Positions 1-11,400 of a DNA stretch of 64,000 bases are shown in pieces. Origin of the DNA: Aplysia californica (taxonomy: Eukaryota); the NCBI RefSeq assembly GCF_000002075.1, contig NW_004797496.1, positions 969,120 to 1,033,119 of the forward strand, written 5' to 3'. The position numbers were made by a program, and so were the translations under genes. The stretch's first letter is position 1; every line of letters starts with the position of its first letter. The notes beneath the pieces are model-generated. The model was not told the DNA's origin. It did not search any database and was given only the letters and a program-made list of their open reading frames with translations.

Positions 1-1057
1 TATATATATATATATCTCAATAGAACTACTTGTTTGGAAAAGCAAATCTTGCTTGTAAAGACTCATATAACAGCAAGTTCACAGCAAAAGTGATTGGGCA
101 TAGATCTACATGACATTTCAAGCTATCAAAGCTATATGCTATATAAATGAAAGCTGTCAAAAGTCAACACTATTTACTGAAAGTGCACCTAGCTCTTTAT
201 CTCCTATACAAAATACTGGCAGGTGATTGGAGCAGGCACCACTGGTATGTCCTACTTCTTTACTTTCCACATGCTGTTTCTGTCTGTCTGTCTTACTTTT
301 TCTCATCACTAAATGACCATTAATGTGTCTCTGTTTTTTTTCATCAAACAGAAAACAAAAAAACTAAAATTCTGGGCTCTCTTGAGAACTTCACTCTTAA
401 GAATCTCCCAATTTACTACACTCTGTAGGTGTTAGTGATTGATTCTTCTTCTTTCCTTACCTTTTGTTCTTCTGTATAGCTATATTTCTTTCTCCGTGTT
501 TCAGGCAGCAGTTCTCGTGCTAATGGCTTTATATAATATAAATGCTCAAACTAAACTTTCGACAATTTATACACAATAACTTTTTAAGATTTGAGGTATC
601 CACAGACCTTTTGCTTAGAAACAGGAGCTGCTTAAACCCAGCACAAAAGGAGCACAGGACCGTAACAACAATCAAGTCACCACAAAATGCTTCTGAATAC
701 CCAACCCCAATTCACCCCCCCCCCCTTCCCCATCCCCCAAGCCCTTTCTTCTCCATCCCCTCTACATCTTGAGTTCGTAAGTTCCCTGTTCAAGAATAGC
801 TCTTTTCATATTTCAATGATATAACAAAATACAATGGAGCTATTGACAAAAAGTAATTTTTTTTATACCTCTTTTTAAAGACCTTGAATTTCCATTAAAA
901 TAAATATATAAAATGGATCAAAGGGCAGTCATACTGTAAAATTTCATAGATGTGCTATATGGCACAGTGTAACTGTGTGCACAAACAGATGGATGGGACA
1001 AAAAGAAGGTCCTTGTGATACTCCAGAAGACGAATCTTAGCGGGCAGGCAACAAGAC

Positions 1058-1223
1058 GAATAGAGAAGAAAAAAGGAAAAGAAAAGGGAAAAGAAGAAGA
1101 GGAATGGAAAAAAAAGAGGAAGGGAAAAGAAAAAGAGGAATAGAGAAGAAAAAGAGGAAGGGAAAAGAAAAAGAGGAATAGAGAAGAAAAAGAGGAATAG
1201 AGAAGAAAAAGAGGAAGGGAAAA
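1058..1223 (+). repeat. Purine-rich (GA) low-complexity tandem repeat abutting an assembly gap
   Basis: Repeated AGAAGAAAAAGAGGAA units followed by Ns. Confidence 0.85.
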
Positions 1224-2424
1224 NNNNNNNNNNNNNNNNNNNNNNNNNNNNNNNNNNNNNNNNNNNNNNNNNNNNNNNNNNNNNNNNNNNNNNNNNNNNN
1301 NNNNNNNNNNNNNNNNNNNNNNNNNNNNNNNNNNNNNNNNNNNNNNNNNNNNNNNNNNNNNNNNNNNNNNNNNNNNNNNNNNNNNNNNNNNNNNNNNNNN
1401 NNNNNNNNNNNNNNNNNNNNNNNNNNNNNNNNNNNNNNNNNNNNNNNNNNNNNNNNNNNNNNNNNNNNNNNNNNNNNNNNNNNNNNNNNNNNNNNNNNNN
1501 NNNNNNNNNNNNNNNNNNNNNNNNNNNNNNNNNNNNNNNNNNNNNNNNNNNNNNNNNNNNNNNNNNNNNNNNNNNNNNNNNNNNNNNNNNNNNNNNNNNN
1601 NNNNNNNNNNNNNNNNNNNNNNNNNNNNNNNNNNNNNNNNNNNNNNNNNNNNNNNNNNNNNNNNNNNNNNNNNNNNNNNNNNNNNNNNNNNNNNNNNNNN
1701 NNNNNNNNNNNNNNNNNNNNNNNNNNNNNNNNNNNNNNNNNNNNNNNNNNNNNNNNNNNNNNNNNNNNNNNNNNNNNNNNNNNNNNNNNNNNNNNNNNNN
1801 NNNNNTTAAATATAGTCAGCAAAGAGTCAACTGATAATATTATGTACTTTCCCTTCTGACTTGTGCTCTGAAGAGCAAGAACTTAATAATAATAATAATG
1901 GAAAGTAGTTTGTCAATTCGCATCATTTTCTTATGGGCATGATTTATTTCACACTAATGGAATACACACTTAAGAGAAAATGTGTGTAATATTTTCGGTG
2001 AAATTTTCCAAGACAAACAAAATCAACACTAGAACAAAAATGTTTGCTGCCAGATCATACAAAAAAATAATTTCTTTAAAAAGCTATGGTTTGTGAGCAC
2101 AAATGAAGACTACAGGAAAAAAATGGAAGAGTTGCAATTTTGTGATTCTGAGAAATTTTAGTTCTCAATGTTTAAAATATTAAATCTCAAAAACAAAACA
2201 AAAATTTCTCAGTTTCCTTTTACATCGACCCTGCCATTTTTCTCTCTTTCAAATGTGAGTTGTGAGGCCTCCATGGGGAATAACTCAAAATAACCTTCAA
2301 AATGAGATATGCTGCAGTTTTTTCCCTGTTGTCTGCAGATCCACAGCTTTTTTAAAGTCCTATTTTGGAATGAATATTTTCAGAGCTCTGTGAAGCGCTT
2401 TGAAAAATCCTGAAAAGGAGTTGA

Positions 2425-5400
2425 TCAGCAGCTTCTGCGCGCAGAAGTCTTGTCTGCCTTAGGTACCAGATAGATGTCTTTGGTCAACATGGAGTACAAA
2501 ACAGGGGTCTGTTTCTTGGAGTCCTGGTGTGGCTTCTCTGTGTTCACAGAAACCATGTCTCTGATCATCAGTCCTGTCACAGAGGTCAGTTGTCTCACAA
2601 GGCTTTTGTCTCCCCGGTTCCTGCTCAGGACGTTGTAAAGACAAGTGATGAACCATGACCCTTGATTTTCCCGACGAAAAGCGAAATATCCTGAGAAAAG
2701 AAAAGAGAACACGTTCAGTTATTTGTTGTCATAAGCAATCTGTTCCCCCCCCCTCCCCCACATACACACATGCTCATATGCATTAATACTAATCTTTTAC
2801 TCTCTGTCTCAATGTTGACAGTTAAAAATATTTGTGAGACAGTGTGGTGAAATCAGGCGCTAATCAAAATAATGATACTGAAGAAACCCGCATTTTTATC
2901 GAATTACTGTTTTTTGGCTCAAAAACCTTTTTTGTCCATTTAAAAACACATCTCTGTTTTGACCTTTCTGAAAAACGTTCATTAAAGGCATTAAAAATGC
3001 AAAGTTTTCGTTTCCACGTTCCATGGACTCTCAAGCTATGGAAAGAACCAAACTATGGTGGCCATTTTCTCGTTAATTTTAGCTCTGAAACTAAGTGACA
3101 CCACCTACTTCAATCGCAAATATCTCCACTTGTTTCCAAGATAGAGGAGTATTTGTGTCACGACGCAGTGAAATCAGGCGCTCGTCAACTTATGGGCATG
3201 TGAAGTTATTGCTGTCATCTAAAAGCTTATTCATTTGCCTTGTTTTCAAGGAAAAAAATACCCATCTATCCTGAATAGAGTTGGAGATATTTGCAATTGA
3301 AGGAGGTGGGGTCGCTAGGTTTCAGCGGTAAAATTCGAGAGAAAATGACCCCCAAAGTTCGGAAACTTCAATAGCTTGAGAGTCCTTGAAAACTGAAAAA
3401 TTACATGTTCTGTGCTTTTAATCAACATTTTTCAGTCAAATACACTAGGAAATGTGTTATTATAAGGACAGAAAAGGTGGTGAGCCAAAAAACCAAATTT
3501 CAATAAAAATTGCCAACTGGCGGAAAAATACCTGTTTCTTCGTTTTTATTATTTTGACATGCACCTGATTTCATCACGATGCGTCGCATTTTTTTTCATC
3601 AAAAACAGGACAAACAAGCAATCTTTAATTAAGATGATGCAGCTAACTCCATATGCCCAAAAATTGACGAGCACTTGATTCCACAGCGTCATGACATTCT
3701 TGTTCCCGAGTCATGAGTTGCCCACCTCCTAATTCAAAGGTCTGAACTAGATCAACCAGGGAATAGAATGTTTACTATCACATCAAAATCCAGTTTGCAA
3801 AAGAAATGTTCAGCCAATTTCTGTTCGCCTCGGAAAAAGTGATAGTGGTTGGAGGTTTGCAACTTGTAGGCTCTGCTTATTTACTAATCCTCTATTTTAT
3901 AATGACAATAAAAATAATAATAATAATAATAATAACCACAAAANNNNNNNNNNNNNNNNNNNNNNNNNNNNNNNNNNNNNNNNNNNNNNNNNNNNNNNNN
4001 NNNNNNNNNNNNNNNNNNNNNNNNNNNNNNNNNNNNNNNNNNNNNNNNNNNNNNNNNNNNNNNNNNNNNNNNNNNNNNNNNNNNNGCTTATATCCACAGC
4101 ACACTCTATCCTTTATACAACTATAAGTAAAATGCCAGCAGATCCCAAAACACCACTCTGAAATAGTGTCATTTTCCCAGGGAGCATAATGCAGTGCAAA
4201 CTGCAGATTACATGTCCATGTGCTGAAACATTAACAAACTGACACAACCTTTAATTGTCTATAGCCAGGCACCCATTTCCATGAGGGTGAGGTGAGGAAG
4301 ATTTGCTTCTCAAAGACACAACGTTGGGGCCCTGATAGGATTCAAACTCATGACCTGATGGTTGAGAGTCCGAGAACCGAACCACTAGACCACTGAACCC
4401 ACATCTGTCCATCTTACTCTTTCACTGCATAAAATTACTGTTACTGTGTCAGTGTACTTCTCTTTACTCAGACAAGAGCTGGAGAGAGACCATTGCTCCA
4501 CATTAAACACCTATCACAAGTAGAATTAGAACAAGTCATGATCTTTGGCCTGCAAACACAACACATCCCACTGAATTCCTACCTAAATAGGATCTGCAAG
4601 GATACCCCACCCGACTGCCCGTTGTGCGACTGCCAGGATGAAACAGTATCACACCACCTTTTTACCTGCCCTGTGCTTAGCGACCGGCGTAGTATACCTA
4701 CCTACCTGCCTCCCCAGACATCGGAAATACTCTATACAGCGACAAAACACAGCTGATAAAAACCTGTAAATTTTTTACCATATGAACAGGCCAAAGGGCT
4801 AGAACTAAAATGGCCGCTGGATCGGAAAAGTAAAGTAAAGTAAAGTAAAAGTAAACACCTATCACTCCAACAATTTTTTTCTTCTTTTCAATCCCTTTGC
4901 CACAGGCCAGAGTAAAATCAGAATAGATGTTTCAAGTCAACATGAAAAAAACCCACTCCATTGATCTCTTCAACCTGCCTGCATTTTGATGACTGTTATG
5001 TACAAGGCATATTTTTTTTTTTTCAATCAACGGAGGCCCCTCATCTTTGAAACAACCATATTGTGTTTCTCCAAGATGATATTATGGTTGGATGAAGATT
5101 CTTCTTCTTTACTTTCCCGCTGTTGATTCTGTCTGTCTCTCATGTTTTTATTTTCAGATCATTATTAGCATAATTGAGTTGGTGTGCATCTCTTTACCTA
5201 GCCACAAGACAACCTGAATGGTTTATATACATGATGTATATAAAAATTTCTTTTATTTCTCGTTGGGATTGATTTAGAATGCTGGCCTTGAAGTAGGTCT
5301 AAATTAAATATCAAGACTAGTTCTACCTGGCTGCTCAAAATTTGTGAAGTGATTTTATGTTTGCAACAGCATTTTTATATAGCCTTGTACGTACATACAT

Positions 5401-8400
5401 CAAACATGCTTATTATAGTGAAACACATGCAAATTGAACAGAATTTTAAGTCCCGAAGTCTTCTTATTTGTCTATATATATAATAATATATTCTTTGTAT
5501 TTTATAACAAGTACACAACCAAATTCGTACTTAACAAATAGGTTTCAACATCCCGCCAATTTTGCTTCGTGTAAGCTAAACAGTAATTCTGTTAGTCTGT
5601 CTGCTCGGATGAAGTATCCCTGTCAGCTTGGGTTGGCCCTGACAGGCAAATTCGAAGGAACCCGCCTCCAAAATGATTTAACACTTACAGTACTGTCTGC
5701 AACTCAAGTCACAAGGCTGTAGTATGCGCTTATTTCTACTGGTGATTTTAGTTGCCGATTCGACCAGGCACACTAAATATAATTAAATAACGAATGTATC
5801 CCCTGCACTGAAGTAAATACCAATAAAAGTGTTTCTACGGCTACGCAGGTTTTTTTAGTTTTGAAAAATGGTTTCAGCATTCTAAACTGGTGCATTACTT
5901 GAAGGTATTTCACTATTTGAGCCTTCGGTACTGTAAGTGTTAAATATGTCGATGAGGGCATAAAACACAACAGCTACATATGGTCGCTTTTTAAGACAAG
6001 CCGGCTAACCAAGATTTCGGGGGTTTCCAGAAATCTTGACCAACACCAAAAGTGGGCATTGCCCTACCAATAGGAGAAGTTTGGTTTCATTAGTGCGTAT
6101 ATATGTTTGGTTATAGATTACATAAAGCTCTCCATGTCTTTTAAAGAAACTGAACAAGGGGCAAAAACTTTAACTTCGATTTTCTCAAAACAGCATTTTT
6201 TGGGATAGCTGCCTTGTGTTTAAAAGCGACCATATGTACAACAGGCAGACTTCTCCTTTCAATGTGGTGCAGTACCTGGAGGGGTGGCGTACATCACCAG
6301 AAAGTCCAGGTAACAAGGAGCAGGGCTCGCAACATTCACAAAGCAAGGCTCCCGTTGTACTTCAGAGCGTATTCTTTGGGGTGCAGGGCTCGCAACATTC
6401 ACAAAGCAAGCCTCCCGTCGTACGTCAGTGGGTACCCTTTGGGGTGCGGGGCTCACAACATTCACAAAGCAAGGCTCCCGTCGTACGTCAGTGGGTACTC
6501 TTTGGGGTCTTCAGAAAATGATAAACCATAAAGGTTGATGCACACGGGAATTCTTTCTTCACAGAATGATACATGTATAAAATTATATGCACAAAAATTT
6601 TACAAACTACTGCACAGTAAGATATTGATGAATTAATCTAAATTATACATATATATGGACAATATGGTTGAAACTGTCCAAGATGGAAACCATTTGTTGA
6701 GAAGGAAAGTGGTTGTCTTATACAGGTGGAGGTCTTGGACAGTCGGGTCATTATTATAATATAAGAAAGGTAGAAAATAGAGTCATTATAAAAAAGTGTG
6801 AGATGAAAAATGGGAAGTGGTTGGCAGTCCAGGTGACTGTTTTAGACGGGTGGCCTGTAGATCTACACCTAGCGCAACTTGCACAAAGGGCGTCCGAGAT
6901 TTGTTGCCCTTATCCGAGAAGGCATGGTGTTCGATCTTTCCTACCATAAGATCAGGGGTGTGGCTGAAAGACAGCAGTAAGAAGGAGCCAAGGCGTAGCA
7001 GTAGAAAGGATGCAGAAAGAGCCAAGAGCTTAGAGGAGGGGGCAAAGGAGGTGAGGGGGTGGGGGCAGAAAGTGGAGACAAAAACAGACGACAGAACATT
7101 GTTTATGGGGTGTGAAACATTTACAATTTTACAATTGCATATGGTCTCATTTTTGTTGCTACATCTTTCATCTTTTTTAAATTCAATTTTCTTCTATCTT
7201 TTTATTTTACACATAATATTATATGAATGCCACATAATATATTACACCTGCCAAGCAAGTGTATACTTTTACGCTTTTTTTATTTCACACAATTTTGCCA
7301 AGTATGATTTTTTAAGGTCAATTTTGAGGGACCATATCTTGGGCTGTCTTAGGTGACCTATTAATGTGTCAGATGATGCAGAATTCATTTAGCTTTAAAT
7401 TGGTATGCAGTATGAGTGGTTAGTACAAGGCTTTAACACAATTATTGGGTGAATACATTTTCAAGTTTCTTTTGGACACCACTGTAGTATTAGGACAAAG
7501 ATGAAAAGATAAATAATTTCCTTTGTAAAGACACAAACAATATTCCAGATCAAATGACTTATGTTCGGAGCAACACCTATGAGTCTTTAGTCACGTCTTA
7601 CGGTATCCTGACCAAACATCAGCCTCATTCTTCTTACTGAGGAGGTCTGCACGGCTATTTACCGGCTCTAAATTACCATTATTATGTCAATGTGCTTTCC
7701 TCTACTAAAACCTTCTCAAACTCAAAACAGCAGAGGATTAATCAAGCCGTTAAATCCAAAGAGACATTAAAAATGGTGAAATATTTACAGGCAAAATGAT
7801 TCTTCGTGTTACATCATCTGTAGAGATAATTCAGAAAAAAGAATACCTTCGTTCCTCTTGAGGTCCTTGCCCATTCTTTTCTTCTTCTTCTATCAAACAA
7901 GCGTCAAGAGCATCACGAAGGTGGAGATTGCCCAAAGTTGGAGGTAAATCCTCTGTGGCTAAACGAACAGGTTGCAGCACTGGAAGTTCCATTCCATCAT
8001 CTAAACGAGAACCCCTGCATGCCTAAAGATAAAAGATTATTAAATAAATATTAAGAGCAAATTGCTTCATGTAAGCACATAATATATCTATGATCTAAAA
8101 GGTTTCGATGGAGGCGTAAAAAATTTTCAGGGACATAAAAGGCTTTCATTTCTTTTCATTACTGCCATCAGCAGCAAGTGAAATTTTCTCTAATTAAGAT
8201 AATTAATAAAATTTTCCAGGTTTTACATTGTCATCTCGGCCACTAGTATGTTTTACTCTTGACTGTCCACCTATGTCTTTCCGTCTTCCTTTGTAACTTG
8301 ACTAAATGATTGCTGTGGGTGGCTGGAGGGCACCAGTGGTAGGTCCAACTTTTTTACTATTCCTCTTCAATTTCTCCCTATCTTCTTTTTTTCTCAACAC

Positions 8401-11400
8401 TTTCGTTATGTTCATCTATTATACTTTAAAAAAAAATTTTAATCATAATTTTACAAGCAAGTTGCTGTGATTGACACAGAATGATGTGAGGCACAAGGGC
8501 TAAAGGTGGACAATGCATAATGAGGACTGACAGCATCAAAGTATTGACTGGGCTAGAGGATATAACAAAATGCACCAGAGCAGCTGACGACTGTAAACAA
8601 TGGCAGGCTATTACACGTCATCCGCTGAGCTAGAGACGACACCTCCAGACACAGATTTTAAAAGCAAAATGAGCAAAAACTGAACACAGGTTCAAGAACG
8701 GTAGATAAGCCATTCTCAGTTTGTTGGAAGGAAACTCCACATTCTCTAGAAATGGGTGGTTGGAGGTGCCACTTAAGTACTTCTTTTCTGTCGCTCTGTT
8801 GCTTCAAGCAGCCCGTTTTTCTCTCTTCCTTCTCTTGATGACTGTTATTGTGTTGATGTGTTTCTCTTGACTCAGAGACTATTCCCTTTAATGGAAGATC
8901 CCTTCTCCTCAAAGGTGGATATATACCAAAAGGGAAAATGACTCTTTGTCTTCCTATCTCTTACATTCTTACATTAATTCTATTTCAATTTCTTACAAAC
9001 GTTCAAGTTTAATTTTTTACAATAAAAATGAAAGGATTCCAAATCCCCGTTTTTTCCCCCCTCTATATCTTTTGAATTGCAGCTTACCTTAACACAATAT
9101 AAAGGAATCATGCAGATCTGGTTAACACAAATGAATTTTGGACCATTTCATCATTCCTCTCGGCTGAGTCATCCCCCCCCCCTCAACTCGCTGTTACCTA
9201 TAGTTATCAACACACGTCACACATCACTTGTTCCATACGCTGAAGGGCCAATAACACGATCAGTTAAAACTGACAACTGGTTCATCCTCTTTGTGATAAG
9301 AAAAACTACATATGATGAAATCTAGGTAAAAATACTTCTTTTTTGTGATCTTCTAAATCCAACAAGAAAAAGAGTCACACACGAGTCATTTTGTTAATTT
9401 TGATATGCTGGTTCGGAATTTGATGTTATTTTTACAATAGGATGTAGTCTTCAATAAGTTTACAAACAAAATTTTTATCGTTTGTGGGCCGCAGGCATAG
9501 ACTGTCCGGTCGGCTGGATGCTTTTTTTGCTTCAAGCTGGCAAGCCTTGACAATTAAATTAATAGCAAAAAAACATAAATAAAAGAGAAAGACAAAAGGA
9601 AACCTGAAAAAGAACAACTAATTGGTCTTGGAGTGGGGAGAAAAGGTTTGAGGATTGGACCAGGGGTCTCATTCCAATACTTTTTGAGGACCGATGGCCT
9701 TATTTATACACAATAACGTGTCAAGGTTTGGCAAGCAAGGGCACTGACCTGAATAAAAAACAATTTGGGTTTTCCAATGAGGCTAGGGCAATTTCTGTCT
9801 CTGAATTTTTCCATTATCAGTCTCGTCTCGACTTGTCCATCCCTGGTAGAAATGGTGTCTTCTATTTGATAGCCAGATTGCGTGGCTTCCATCCTAGAGT
9901 TGCCGTGTGAGGAGATGGCCACGACAAGACAGTCGCAGTCAGAGTGATCTTCTCTTGATACTGAATCAAACAACAACTTTGTTAAAGTAGAAACAAAATT
10001 TTTAAAAAACAACAAATAACAATAAAAAACAGCAACAAAAGAACTTCAGAAACTGTATGACAATATAGATGAAAATCTCTTGCAAAAGAAATAAATTTAC
10101 AATGTATGGTGGTAAATTTTTTTAACCTTTGCCTTACTTGGACCTTTTACTTGGGATCAACAATCGTTCTTTCAGAAGACATACAATGAGGAAAGCAGAA
10201 AGTCATAAATGTAGCATACTATTCTTTACTGTGTACTTTTGAGTCACTCTGGAGTTATAGACTATCAGATATCGGGTTATAAGCATACATGAAAAAACAA
10301 ACGGAAAGACAATTGGGATATTTTCCGTCTTTGAAGAAAAAAGTACATCTGTAGAAAAGCTTCTTTTTCCTATTCTATTCAGACGTTGGTGTAGTCTTCA
10401 TACCCTAAATAATATCTATTTTCTTTAAATCACACATAAATCATTTGGTTACTCTTTTAAATTTATCTTTGATTTACGCAATACCAAAGTTTACCATTAT
10501 GAATAAGTTGTAGCAACTCATTCCTGGTCACATCCCGGAAAGTTCGTATTTCAAAATCCAGAGAGGTGAACAACTCTTGAAGTCGCCTGAAGTCCTGCTG
10601 GCTTCCATCTCGTGAGCGTTGTCCTGAGAAGTTATGGTTGACGATGATGATAGCGACACCTCTACGCTCATGTGAGAAGTTGTAATTGTCACTGCTATCC
10701 AACGCTGGTACAGGATTGTCAGAACTTGTAAGAGAAAAAAGAAAAAAGTTGAAAAGGGTTATCCACACATGGAATTGCTTTCAGACTAGATACCACATGC
10801 ATAATTATAATTGCTGAGCAAACAGTATTACTACTCATGTCATTTGTTTGGTATTTCCTTTTTAGATTAGCCGGGTTTGTCCTGTTGTCATTCTTAAGTT
10901 GTGTTTTTATTGCTTAAACTTTCTTCACCAGGCTTACCTTTCTGTCAGTTCATGAGAACACTGCAAGGCAAAATGTCATACATAGGCTACCAAATGACTT
11001 GCTTGGTTGTCAAACAAGAACTCCACATTTTGGTGTATTGAATCTCTTTGCTTTCTTAAAGGAGAAACTTCCCTTTTGAAAGATGTTACGTACGAGCTGA
11101 AGTTTGGTAAGACAGAATATGAAAATTCTGATCAAATTACAATATTATTTAGAAACAAATATGGAGACACACTTTTTAAGTTTGCAAAGCACCTTTCTAG
11201 TAACGAATCTTCCACAACCATAAAAAAACTTAAAAGATGGAATGCATCGGCACTACACTCTCTTTGCAGGGTTGAGTTCCTGGTATCTCCCCTCTATGAT
11301 GTCAAATGGGGGAATGCATTAGACCAAATTCATAGTTGATGAAGTATCAATTCAAATTATATAAAAAATGTTGATATTATTAATATTGTAAGTCTTGAAG

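Noticed and set aside
1037-1822. Long ORFs rich in X (also near 15171-15749, 17856-18493, 49168-49816)
   Set aside because: Artefacts of translating through N-gaps.
6319-6507. CRISPR-like appearance of the 63-bp and 41-bp repeats
   Set aside because: No unique spacers, eukaryotic intron-containing context and no cas genes; these are plain tandem repeats.
6214-6531. Plus-strand repeat-containing ORFs (105 aa and 101 aa)
   Set aside because: Antisense shadows of the caspase A repeat exon; the minus frame has proper splice sites and the DFLVMY motif.
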